The notes: generated by a model from the sequence alone, not told the origin. 64,000 nt of DNA from an uncultured Ruminococcus sp. (GCA_964634795.1 CAZWLL010000002.1:5836-69835), one strand, 5' to 3'. Counted from the first letter of the stretch, positions 1-9,080 are shown. A program made the numbers and translations.

Positions 1-596
1 AGGTTATGACTCTTAACAATAATCGTCAGAAAATCAACGACTGTCTCGGCAACCCGATTGAAATCGGTATAGCTGTAATGTGGAAAGTAAATGATACCGC
101 AAAGGCTGTATTTAACGTTGACAACTATAAGGAGTATCTTTCATTGCAATGTGATGCCGCGCTTCGTGAAATAGTACGTATTTATCCGTATGACGTTGCT
201 CCGAATGTTGACACAACAGGTGACGGTATAGCCGATGAAGGAAGTCTTCGCGGTTCAAGTGAAATTGTTGCAAACAGAATTCGTGAAAAAATCAGTGAAA
301 AGGTAGCATTTGCCGGACTCGAGGTAATTGACGCACGTATTACATATCTTGCGTATGCACCTGAAATAGCCGCTGTAATGCTGCAAAGACAACAGGCATC
401 CGCTGTTATAGATGCAAGAAAAATGATAGTCGATGGTGCTGTGAGCATGGTGCAAATGGCTCTCGATAAGATACAATCCGATCATATATGCAGTCTTGAT
501 GATGAAAGAACAGCGCAAATGGTATCCAATCTTCTTGTTGTGTTATGCAGTAACCAAGGAGCTCAGCCTATAATCAACTCAGGCAGTATATATTAA
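1..596 (+). CDS. SPFH/Band-7 domain protein, C-terminal ~197 aa (5' end outside window)
   Basis: The reading frame is open to the left edge. The translated segment (NVDNYKEYLSLQCDAALREIVRIYPYD, ARITYLAYAPEIAAVMLQRQQA) resembles the core and C-terminal helix of stomatin/prohibitin-type SPFH proteins. The ATG at 6 is probably internal. Confidence 0.65.
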   Translation, partial: VMTLNNNRQKINDCLGNPIEIGIAVMWKVNDTAKAVFNVDNYKEYLSLQCDAALREIVRIYPYDVAPNVDTTGDGIADEGSLRGSSEIVANRIREKISEKVAFAGLEVIDARITYLAYAPEIAAVMLQRQQASAVIDARKMIVDGAVSMVQMALDKIQSDHICSLDDERTAQMVSNLLVVLCSNQGAQPIINSGSIY

Positions 597-597
597 T

Positions 598-807
598 ATG
601 GCTGAAAAAGAAAAAAAACAAGTCCCCCTAAGACTTTCCAAAACACTTTATGATGAATTAATGAGATGGGCTGAAGACGACTTTCGCTCGCTCAACGGTC
701 AAATCGAATATTTACTGACCGAATGTGTTCGAAAGAGAAAAAACTGCAATAACGAAACAGAAAATGAAGATTCTGACGACAGCGATAATTCCGGAAGCGC
801 AACGTAA
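598..807 (+). CDS. Ribbon-helix-helix (Arc/MetJ-type) small DNA-binding protein with acidic C-terminal tail
   Basis: The ATG lies 1 nt after the SPFH stop (TAA-T-ATG). KKQVPLRLSKTLYDELMRWAEDDFRSLNGQIEYLL fits the strand-helix-helix pattern of RHH proteins. The tail reads ETENEDSDDSDNS. Confidence 0.55.
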   Translation: MAEKEKKQVPLRLSKTLYDELMRWAEDDFRSLNGQIEYLLTECVRKRKNCNNETENEDSDDSDNSGSAT

Positions 808-839
808 TATTTAAATAAAACTATCTACTAAATTCCATT

Positions 840-870
840 AAAAAAGCATCTCAATATGAGATGCTTTTTC
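840..870. terminator. Bidirectional intrinsic terminator between convergent genes
   Basis: AAAAAGCATCTCA-ATA-TGAGATGCTTTTT: a perfect 13-bp stem with a 3-nt loop, an A-run on one side and a T-run on the other. Confidence 0.7.
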
Positions 871-873
871 GAT

Positions 874-1434
874 TTACTTTTTATGCCAATATATTACCGA
901 AAAATATGTTACGGTATTCACTCCGTTAATATAATGCATGCCGCAATCCGCCGCAAGCTTAACTACATTTACTCCTGTTGCTTCAATTGAGTGATGCATT
1001 AATGTGGGGTGACGACATGGAGACGTCGGATATGTACATTTTTCGCACAGATGACAACCTTCCGCACCGCAAATTTCAAATGCATCACCTTGTTCCGAAA
1101 GCATTTTTTCTATCTCGCGTTCGGCTTTGACGTGCTGTATTCTTCCTTCATTCATTCCGTCAACATCGTATGAATCCTCTAATTCATGAACGGTAGTGTA
1201 AACAAATGCGTTTTCATACTCGCGATAATGTTCCATTAAATCCTGCCAGCGTCCCACTCCGGGAGGACATGACCAACATTTACCGTACATACCGCACAAG
1301 TTCGCTTCACACGCATCACGTACCTCCTGAGAAAAAGTTATATTCATAGGAGAAACAAACGACGATTCGTGTATAGGGTACGATAATACATCGGAATTCT
1401 TTTGCAAATCGCTTAAAATCGATTCTATAGACAT
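874..1434 (-). CDS. DUF2284-type predicted metal-binding protein (Cys-rich), last gene of the corrinoid methyltransferase cluster
   Basis: Cys patterns CGMYGKCWSCPP and CHLCEKCTYPTSPC. AAAGGAA RBS upstream of the ATG. The family typically accompanies corrinoid methyltransferase operons. Confidence 0.65.
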   Translation of the reverse strand: MSIESILSDLQKNSDVLSYPIHESSFVSPMNITFSQEVRDACEANLCGMYGKCWSCPPGVGRWQDLMEHYREYENAFVYTTVHELEDSYDVDGMNEGRIQHVKAEREIEKMLSEQGDAFEICGAEGCHLCEKCTYPTSPCRHPTLMHHSIEATGVNVVKLAADCGMHYINGVNTVTYFSVIYWHKK

Positions 1435-1467
1435 AGCATATTCCTTTCATTCACAGAGACAAGACAC

Positions 1468-3033
1468 TTACTCATCGGGAAACATCATATATTCAATAAA
1501 CCCATCGTTAAATGTTTGCGATTTATTCAGTTCTATAGTCGTGCACACCTTCGCGAGTTCACATACATGTGACAGTTCCGATGAGTCTGTGAGTACCTTT
1601 ATTGCTCCTGCGAGCGCTGAGTTTCCGACTGCGGACACAGTATTTTCATCCGCAACAAAGCTTTGCGGAAGTAAGCCGACGCGCGCCGCGTTAATAGGAT
1701 TAATATAGTAGCCGAGTCCGCCTGCAATATACACTTTGCCGCCGTACTTTACAAAGGAATCAACATCCATTCCCGCATAGTCAAGCAAAGCCTCGATACC
1801 CGCGCGCAATGCACTTTTAGCAAGTTGTATCTCACGTATATCCTTTTGGCTTAAATATACATCTGTTGTCTTTTCTGCACTTGTTGTGTTTTCCGTTTTA
1901 TGCATTCCCGTAAGTACATACGGATCATCCTCAAGATAACCTGTTTCGTCAATACTTTCGTTGTTTAAAAGCACCGAACAAAGGTCTATGACTCCACAGC
2001 CGCAGATTCCCTTTGCAGGCTTATCTCCGATGGTTCGATATACAAGCTTACCGCTTTCTTCCGCAACGCGGCTGACAGCGCCTTCAACACCGCCTATACC
2101 GCATGACAGATTAGCGCCCTCAAGAGCCGGTCCCGCCGCGGTAGATGCGGCAATCAGACGATTTCCGAACTGTTTGCCTGTATCCAAAACCATTTCACCG
2201 TTTGTACCGATATCGAGAAGCAATGCGGGACATTCAGATGAACCGAGACCGCACACGAGCATTCCCGCGGTAATATCTCCTCCTATAAATGCGGAGACAG
2301 ACGGCATCAATGTGACGTTCCGTACGGGAAGACCGAGCTCGGATCCTGACATTTCCTTCACATCCGTAAACACGGGAGTAAACGGGTATGCTCCCATTCC
2401 TTCCGGTGAAACACCGCAAAACAGATGCAGCATAGTCGTGTTTCCCGCCACGACAAGCTTTTCCGCAGGTGCTTCAGATGTGACACACAACTGCTCAAGC
2501 AAAGAGCGAACAGCATCGAGAACACATGACTGCATATCCGCAAGCTGACCTTTCTTTGCCGCTTCGATACGGCTGATTACGTCAGCTCCGTACATCTGCT
2601 GCGGATTCAAACATGAAGCAGACATAAGTATCCTGCCGTTTTTCATATCAACTCTTGCCGCCGCAATTGTAGTGGTACCGATATCCAATGCAATCCCATC
2701 GCACCTGGATTCATCGTGTTCATCGTTTGACTTAATGTGTTCATCGGCAATCGTCAGGCCTTCTCCCGAGAATGTCGGAGATTCGATCTCACTGTCGACA
2801 TCCGCACATAAAGCCTGACATGAAAGAATATAGCCTTCCGAATCGGGTTTTAAGATTTCTCCGTTAACACGTGAAATAAAATATCCGGATTTAACTTTGA
2901 CACGACATTTACCGCAAACACCACGTCCGCCGCACGGTGAAGAAAGATATACTTTTTGGCGTGCGAGATAAGATGTCAGCTGTTCTCCTGATGCGGAAGA
3001 CGGAATTTTAATTATCTGTATATCCTTGTTCAT
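1468..3033 (-). CDS. Reductive activator of corrinoid enzymes (RACo-type: N-terminal 2Fe-2S ferredoxin domain + ASKHA/DUF4445 ATPase)
   Basis: N-terminal CGGRGVCGKCRV...C plant-type ferredoxin Cys pattern, then ASKHA phosphate motifs (LDIGTTTIAA, LLDIGTNGEM). Confidence 0.8.
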   Translation of the reverse strand: MNKDIQIIKIPSSASGEQLTSYLARQKVYLSSPCGGRGVCGKCRVKVKSGYFISRVNGEILKPDSEGYILSCQALCADVDSEIESPTFSGEGLTIADEHIKSNDEHDESRCDGIALDIGTTTIAAARVDMKNGRILMSASCLNPQQMYGADVISRIEAAKKGQLADMQSCVLDAVRSLLEQLCVTSEAPAEKLVVAGNTTMLHLFCGVSPEGMGAYPFTPVFTDVKEMSGSELGLPVRNVTLMPSVSAFIGGDITAGMLVCGLGSSECPALLLDIGTNGEMVLDTGKQFGNRLIAASTAAGPALEGANLSCGIGGVEGAVSRVAEESGKLVYRTIGDKPAKGICGCGVIDLCSVLLNNESIDETGYLEDDPYVLTGMHKTENTTSAEKTTDVYLSQKDIREIQLAKSALRAGIEALLDYAGMDVDSFVKYGGKVYIAGGLGYYINPINAARVGLLPQSFVADENTVSAVGNSALAGAIKVLTDSSELSHVCELAKVCTTIELNKSQTFNDGFIEYMMFPDE

Positions 3034-3060
3034 ATTGCAGTACTCTGAGTCAGCTTAATT

Positions 3061-4185
3061 TTAATAATTTATCTTTTTGATTTCGTCGGCATAATATTGA
3101 ACGAGTTCAAACTTTGTGCCAGGCATTAAACGATGATCGGGACAAGGAAGGAATCCGCCGAGTGAAGCAAGATGCTTGATTCTCTCAAGCTCTTTATCTA
3201 CTGCCGCTTTGTCTTTGCGCAGCGCGGTTTTATCCATACCGCCGACTCCCAGCATGCCTTTGCCGAACTTCTTTCTTGCAGGTTCAAACTGGTCTCCCCA
3301 TGTACCGACTTCTATCGGGAACATTGTATTAACACCGTTTTCGTACCATGTCGGCAGTAATTTTTCGGTCACGCCGTCACAGTCCAGTGAAATAACGTCT
3401 ATTCCGTGCTGATGGCAAAGCTCATTTCTCTTCTTATAATGCTTTGCGCATAGCTTATCGAAAACAACCGGAGAGAGCAGCGGGCCGCTCTTAAAGCATA
3501 TATCCTCCCAATAAAGAGCAAAATCGAACTTAGCTCCTGTTGCGAGGATTGCTTCCACACACTTATACTGCATCTCGGCATAACAGTCGACAATGTCGGC
3601 AAATAAATCCTCGTCATCATCATACAGCAGGTAGCCCATTCCGACTACAGATGTCATACTGCGGATTTGTCCGAGTACACTTCCCATTGATATTCCGAGC
3701 GGCACGTCTGATTTGTCATAAACATTTTCATTGAAATGCTTGAAGAATTCGGTATCGACACGCTCAGGCGCATACTGCATGCGAGGGCGATATAATGTTT
3801 CAAACGCTTCACGGTCTTTCAAGAGATAGTCGTCCTCCTGAGGAATAGATACAATTCCCGGGTGGATTCGTTCAATCAAACCTACACTATTCTGTTCACG
3901 GCGTGTGCCGTCAGGCAGAACTTCAAGTACTTTATGTTCGAATGCGGGATATAACCCGTTGTTTGAGCCGAAAGCATGTGACCAGTTAAAATCCCAACCG
4001 ATCAATTTATCCAGTTCCATATCCTTTTGGCTACCGTCGTAATTGCCTACGGCAAGGTCTTTCGGTATTTTTCCCTGTTCAGCCCATTCGGTTAAAAGCT
4101 CGGGCCAGTAGCCGAAATGAACAGCAGGAAAACGATCTACCGGTTTATAGTGCAATATATTCATTGCGCGTTCTCGGTTAGTCAT
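3061..4185 (-). CDS. Uroporphyrinogen-decarboxylase (URO-D) family methyltransferase-like protein, paralogue A (374 aa)
   Basis: URO-D-like length and C-terminal TIM-barrel motifs (ISLDCDG, FLPCPDHRL). Start moved to the ATG at 4185, preceded by AAGGAG 7 nt upstream, rather than the track start at 4212. Confidence 0.7.
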   Translation of the reverse strand: MTNRERAMNILHYKPVDRFPAVHFGYWPELLTEWAEQGKIPKDLAVGNYDGSQKDMELDKLIGWDFNWSHAFGSNNGLYPAFEHKVLEVLPDGTRREQNSVGLIERIHPGIVSIPQEDDYLLKDREAFETLYRPRMQYAPERVDTEFFKHFNENVYDKSDVPLGISMGSVLGQIRSMTSVVGMGYLLYDDDEDLFADIVDCYAEMQYKCVEAILATGAKFDFALYWEDICFKSGPLLSPVVFDKLCAKHYKKRNELCHQHGIDVISLDCDGVTEKLLPTWYENGVNTMFPIEVGTWGDQFEPARKKFGKGMLGVGGMDKTALRKDKAAVDKELERIKHLASLGGFLPCPDHRLMPGTKFELVQYYADEIKKINY

Positions 4186-4215
4186 AGAAATTCTCCTTAT
4201 ACTAATAAGCAAGAG

Positions 4216-5280
4216 TTACTTTTTCTCTTTAAATACGGGACAAGGTGAAATCGAACTGCCCTCATGTGTTACTTTAGAGGCATATTCTTTAAGAAGTCTT
4301 ACATAGATACGATAATAGTCAATCGGAACGTCAGGCGGTGTCTGGTGATCCACTGACGGAATAAATTTTCCTCTCATCATACTTGGCAAGACTCTCTCGA
4401 ATTCCTTTCTCATTGCCTCCTCTCCGTATTTCATGCACATTTTATCGTAGTGTCCGATAAAAGCCATATCGGGCTGCTTGTCTAAATACACTGAAACATC
4501 CACACCTGCCTGACGTTCCAACGGAAGCATACCGTCAGCACCGACTGAAGAATACCAATCGACAGCCATCGTAATATCGCCGTCAGAATCGATGAAGACG
4601 GGAACATTGTATTCATGTATAACCGGAATAACCTTTCTGTAAAAAGGCGCTAAAAATTCATCGAATTGTTCCTTTGAAATCATGGGACCGCCGTTATAGC
4701 TCATATCCTCGGCAAAAGTCATAAAATCAAAACGGAACCTCGAAAAAACATAACGAAACAGCGGAATAAGCCAATCGGCATAATCTTCGCAAATCTGTTT
4801 GTAGAGTTCGGGATAATCGTAGAAGCTGAATAAATGGCTTTCTATTCCGAATAATGTTCTCGGGAACCAAAAGAATCCTTCAACCGTAAAGAACTGAATG
4901 GTATCCCCTCGATTGCGGATATTGTGCCAATTATCATACTGCTCTTCACTGAAGAGCGAATCAACCTTCGGAAATAAAGTAGGTTTGACTTTATTTATGT
5001 AGTCACTCTCGTCAGACATAATTCCCTGCCCGTATGCGAGCGGCTGAGGTGTTGCCGATGTTCTTATACCGGCACAGAACTGGAGGCATTTATCAAGTCC
5101 GAAATAGCCCTGAAGTGCCTCATAATTCGCAAACTCACGCGGCAGCCCGTCGCGAAGCCAGCGTTCAACAGTCAAATTCCACCATGGAGCCCACTCGATA
5201 ACGGGAACACGGTCAACGGCTTTTCCCGAAAGATATGCCTGAAACCGTTCGGAAGCCGTCATGCTTTTTATCGTATTCAT
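4216..5280 (-). CDS. URO-D family methyltransferase-like protein, paralogue B (354 aa)
   Basis: Colinear with paralogue A (FIDSDGD, FIPSVDHQTPPD). No clear RBS, so the start is uncertain (alternative ATG at 5262). Confidence 0.7.
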   Translation of the reverse strand: MNTIKSMTASERFQAYLSGKAVDRVPVIEWAPWWNLTVERWLRDGLPREFANYEALQGYFGLDKCLQFCAGIRTSATPQPLAYGQGIMSDESDYINKVKPTLFPKVDSLFSEEQYDNWHNIRNRGDTIQFFTVEGFFWFPRTLFGIESHLFSFYDYPELYKQICEDYADWLIPLFRYVFSRFRFDFMTFAEDMSYNGGPMISKEQFDEFLAPFYRKVIPVIHEYNVPVFIDSDGDITMAVDWYSSVGADGMLPLERQAGVDVSVYLDKQPDMAFIGHYDKMCMKYGEEAMRKEFERVLPSMMRGKFIPSVDHQTPPDVPIDYYRIYVRLLKEYASKVTHEGSSISPCPVFKEKK

Positions 5281-5308
5281 ATCATATTTAAATTAAAATT
5301 AATTAAAT

Positions 5309-6310
5309 TCAATGTGTACGGTAATACTCTTCACTTGCTTTAAAGAAAGCTCTGATATTATCCCAAGAAGAAGCGGGAGGAATATCGCAGCCCGATGAAA
5401 TCAGGAAATTAGGATATGAAGAACACTTCTCAAGCAGTTCGTTAACCGCTATTGTCATGCTTTCAGGTGTTCCTCCGAGAAATTGTCCTGCGGGAGAAAT
5501 ATTACCCATAACAGTACGATCGGACGGCATGTTGTCAAGCAAATCCGTCAGCTGTATAGCATCACCGAAATGATATGCAGAGGCACCGTTTGACGCCAAT
5601 GACTTTGTCATAAGCGGTGTATTGGGGCCGCAGTTATGATATATTACGGCAAAGTTTTCGTCCTGTACACTCTCAATCATCTCACGAACATACGGTGCGG
5701 CAAATTCCTCTTCCATTGCGGGCGCGAGAAGGCCTGACAGCGGCTCTGCCATTACTATACCGTCAAGTCCTGCTGCTTTATATGCTTTAGCGTATTCAAT
5801 CAAAAATGCCGTAGTTTTACGCAGAACAGCATGAACAAAATCGGGATCACATATACAGTTTGCCAATGCCTCGGAAACATCCATAAGTCTTCCGGCGAGC
5901 GAAAACGGTCCGATTTCACCGGCAAGTACCGGACGGTCTTTAATAACATCCTTAGCGGCTTTAGCAGCTTCTATATAAAGTCCTGTGCGTGCATCACCGA
6001 CATGCGGCATTTCAAGTTCATTCGCTTCGTCCTCATCCGTCACAAGAGCACCGACAACTGTCGGAATTTCGTTTTCCACAGTACGTAATGTACAGCCGAA
6101 CGCTTCTGCTTCTACGGACAAGTCCATCATGGTAACCGCTGCGGCGGAATTCGTTTCCTTTGCTACACGGATTATGCCCTCACTTTGAATCGCTGCATCG
6201 TGAGTAAGTTTATATACGCTTACGCCTAATAATGAAGACGACGGAAACGAAAGAATCGGCATAGGTTTATGTGATGACGGCAGTTTGTCGACCCAACTCG
6301 GATAAGCCAT
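5309..6310 (-). CDS. MtaA/MtbA-like methylcobamide methyltransferase (URO-D family, zinc site retained)
   Basis: IYHNCGP (His-x-Cys) and SSGCDIP (Cys) match the MtaA zinc-ligand arrangement. AGGAGG RBS upstream of the ATG at 6310. Confidence 0.8.
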   Translation of the reverse strand: MAYPSWVDKLPSSHKPMPILSFPSSSLLGVSVYKLTHDAAIQSEGIIRVAKETNSAAAVTMMDLSVEAEAFGCTLRTVENEIPTVVGALVTDEDEANELEMPHVGDARTGLYIEAAKAAKDVIKDRPVLAGEIGPFSLAGRLMDVSEALANCICDPDFVHAVLRKTTAFLIEYAKAYKAAGLDGIVMAEPLSGLLAPAMEEEFAAPYVREMIESVQDENFAVIYHNCGPNTPLMTKSLASNGASAYHFGDAIQLTDLLDNMPSDRTVMGNISPAGQFLGGTPESMTIAVNELLEKCSSYPNFLISSGCDIPPASSWDNIRAFFKASEEYYRTH

Positions 6311-6449
6311 AAATTTAATCCTCCTAAAAATGCTTATGTAAATATGTTCAAATTGAACTTTTGCGATAAAAGACTTAAAAAATTAAGCTCTTATCGCAAA
6401 ATTCACATTAATTCGAAGAATCCGTAACGCTTCGAATATACATATTCAA

Positions 6450-7085
6450 TTAGTCAAAAAACGCTCTTGCTGCCTGTGCTGCGGATGCGGCATCGACTGT
6501 GTAGCAGTCCGCGCCGATTTCATCTGCATAAGCCTGAGTAACCGGTGCTCCGCCTACCATAACCTTAACCTTGTCACGAAGTCCTGCTTCTTTCAATGCA
6601 TCGATTACGTCCTTCTGTCCGTACATTGTTGTTGTAAGAAGTGCGGAGAGGCATACAATCTGCGCACCTGTCTCGCGTACGGTTTCCACTATTTTTGCGG
6701 GTTCCACGTCAACACCGAGGTCGATGCATTCGATTCCCTGACCTTCAATCATCATCTTAACAAGGTTCTTTCCGATATCATGCATGTCACCCTTTACGGT
6801 ACATATAACAGCCTTTCCGATAGGCTCGATACCTTCTTTTGTTAAAGCGGGTTTTAATGTCTGCATGCCTTTGTTCATAGCACGAGCGGCAACGAGAATC
6901 TCGGGTACGAAAACTTCATTATTCTTGAACTTTTCACCGATAATATTCATTCCGTCTACTAATCCCTCATTAAGAATAGTTTCAGGTGACATACCGCTGT
7001 TAAGTGCTTCCTCAACAAGTGCTACTACTTCTTTGGCGCGACCTGTCTGCACCTTTTCGGAAATGGTTTTGCAAATTTCTGACAT
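6450..7085 (-). CDS. Corrinoid (cobalamin-binding) methyl-carrier protein
   Basis: B12-binding signature DxHxxG...SxL...GG (GDMHDIGKNLV, CLSALLTT, VMVGGAP). Start moved to the ATG at 7085 with AAAGGAG 7 nt upstream. Confidence 0.85.
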   Translation of the reverse strand: MSEICKTISEKVQTGRAKEVVALVEEALNSGMSPETILNEGLVDGMNIIGEKFKNNEVFVPEILVAARAMNKGMQTLKPALTKEGIEPIGKAVICTVKGDMHDIGKNLVKMMIEGQGIECIDLGVDVEPAKIVETVRETGAQIVCLSALLTTTMYGQKDVIDALKEAGLRDKVKVMVGGAPVTQAYADEIGADCYTVDAASAAQAARAFFD

Positions 7086-7195
7086 AGTTATACTCCTTTC
7101 GTGATAACCACACAAAGTAATTCTTTTTTAGTTTAAGCTATGTTTAAAAGCTCTGCTGTAAATATTCGTTATCAGCAACGTATTTTATTATAGCT

Positions 7196-7224
7196 ATAGT
7201 AACATATTAATTATCGTTTGTCAA
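7196..7224 (-). promoter_or_regulatory. Candidate sigma-A promoter of the corrinoid methyltransferase operon
   Basis: Minus strand reads TTGACA-17 nt-TACTAT, about 100 nt upstream of the corrinoid protein start. Confidence 0.35.
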
Positions 7225-7253
7225 CTTAAAATTAGATATTTTTATGTTATGTA

Positions 7254-9080
7254 CTACTGATTTAAACACAGTTCTGTTTGAAGTGTTTCAAACGGTCCGG
7301 GAAGTACTTCGTTTGACGGGCGCTTTTTGCCTGAATAATCCTTATCAATGCATATGTCGGATCCGTCCGGATTCTCATACCATTGGTTCGTTTCGAATGC
7401 TTTTCCGAGTTGAGACGTTGTCACTGTCGGGAATCTCTTCATACTGTCTGCAATATTCAGAGTCAAAAACCACTTCTTACCATCACGCAGTTCTGTTTTC
7501 AGTAATACCTTGTCAATGTGCTGTGCATTTACATCGCTTTCACATGACTGCGCACCGTTTATATAAACATTATTGCGTATTTCCGTAGGCATTGTTTCAT
7601 CGGCACTATGATAAGGGCTGTCGCTTCCCTCTCCTAATTTACATTCACGCATCGGCGGATATCCTCTGTAATCGGATGTTCCGCTGTTTTCGCCGACGAA
7701 TATGTTTCCTATTACACGGTCATCTCCGCTGTAAACAACCATCGAGCCTGCAACAAACGTCTCGTGCGGAAAATGATACAATGTAAATCTTGCTGTTTCA
7801 CGTCTGATACGTACTGTTCCCGCGAACAGGTTATTTATAAGCGCGCTTCCCTGTGATACCGACAGATAGGAATTCTTCGATAGAAACAGATTATTGTCTA
7901 TTACGCACGGTCCATGACATACCTCAATAAAAAAGTCTTCCCCGCCGCCGTTTTCGAAAAATGTATTTCTCGTCACACGTGCGCCTTGCGCTTCCCAATC
8001 AAGCCAAAGTCCGCGTGTGCAATGGTGTATACAGTTGTTCTCAAGATGGACATCAATTGCGGCATGCAGTTTTATGCCCGCTATTTCCGCTCCTCCGAAT
8101 TCCCCACGTGTATTGATATCGTGAATATGATTATCGGTAATTCTCGAATAGACACTGCCCATATTGCCTACTATACCGGTCTGACCGCAATTGTATATAT
8201 GATTGTTATGGATATAGTGACTTCCTACCGTTTCTTTGCTCCAACCGTGACGCACAGCATCCATGATGATTTCGGTATATGTTTGTGCTCCGCCTTTGCG
8301 TGCGTTGCGAACCCAATCATTGTCATTGGCGTCGTAGCTTTTGCCTATGCTTATTCCGCAGCACTTGCTGTCATGTATCGAACAATTTTCAATTATCCAG
8401 CCTTTGCTCCAGTGAGTTCCTACAGCCGCAGACTGAAATGCTGTAGGCGGTGCCCATTGCGATGCCGCACAGCAAAACTCCAATCCGGATAAAGTAATAT
8501 AATTGACACCTGTCCTTTTAGGGAAGAAACAGCTTTCACGAACATTTACCTCAGTCAAATGCTCATTCGGATTAACATCTCCGAAGCATGCGTGAAGAAT
8601 CGTTTTCTCATTGTCCACATGTGCAATCCAGTAATTTTTCTCTGTCGAGAGAAGCTCATCCGCACCTGAGGCTTCAAATAAAGCTTTACCGTCAAGATAA
8701 ACCTCTGCGGTATGGTGCTCTCTTCCCCATCCGTCGAACCAGTCGCCTGAAATCAGCTCATTAAAAGGATTGATTTCACCGAACATTCTGTTGTCAATTA
8801 CTGTTGTCCATATGCCGTTATCTTCTTTTCTCCAGTCTGAAACAACTTCGGCACCTGAAATAATCGGCTTCTCGCCGTCGGCGGCACGGTAAACAATACG
8901 TTCACGCTCACTTATACCTCCGTACTGTGGATTTACCCACTCGCGATAGACTCCGCCTCCGATAATTACAGTGTCTCCTCCGCGGGCGATTCGTGCGGCT
9001 TGTCCTATTGTTCGAAACGGATTGTTTTTACTTCCGTCTCCCGTATTTGGGTTTTTACATGAAACATAAATAAAAGACAT
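7254..9080 (-). CDS. Right-handed parallel beta-helix (pectin-lyase-fold) protein, no signal peptide; probable glycan-active enzyme
   Basis: The N-terminus NPNTGDGSKNNPFRTIGQAARIARGGDTVIIGGGVYRE is typical of DUF1565/beta-helix proteins. Repeated N-x-I-x-x-N/H coil motifs are present (NNHIYNCG, DNHIHDIN, NNCIHHC, DNNLF). Confidence 0.6.
   Translation of the reverse strand: MSFIYVSCKNPNTGDGSKNNPFRTIGQAARIARGGDTVIIGGGVYREWVNPQYGGISERERIVYRAADGEKPIISGAEVVSDWRKEDNGIWTTVIDNRMFGEINPFNELISGDWFDGWGREHHTAEVYLDGKALFEASGADELLSTEKNYWIAHVDNEKTILHACFGDVNPNEHLTEVNVRESCFFPKRTGVNYITLSGLEFCCAASQWAPPTAFQSAAVGTHWSKGWIIENCSIHDSKCCGISIGKSYDANDNDWVRNARKGGAQTYTEIIMDAVRHGWSKETVGSHYIHNNHIYNCGQTGIVGNMGSVYSRITDNHIHDINTRGEFGGAEIAGIKLHAAIDVHLENNCIHHCTRGLWLDWEAQGARVTRNTFFENGGGEDFFIEVCHGPCVIDNNLFLSKNSYLSVSQGSALINNLFAGTVRIRRETARFTLYHFPHETFVAGSMVVYSGDDRVIGNIFVGENSGTSDYRGYPPMRECKLGEGSDSPYHSADETMPTEIRNNVYINGAQSCESDVNAQHIDKVLLKTELRDGKKWFLTLNIADSMKRFPTVTTSQLGKAFETNQWYENPDGSDICIDKDYSGKKRPSNEVLPGPFETLQTELCLNQ

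Noticed and set aside
874-7115. In-frame UAG (pyrrolysine) or other recoding in the methyltransferase genes.
   Set aside because: All six ORFs are uninterrupted and abut each other with normal stops and RBSs. No MttB/MtmB/MtbB-type gene is present.
7086-7250. Cobalamin riboswitch upstream of the corrinoid-protein operon.
   Set aside because: The leader is only ~100 nt and I see no B12-box-like sequence. That is too short for the known aptamer.
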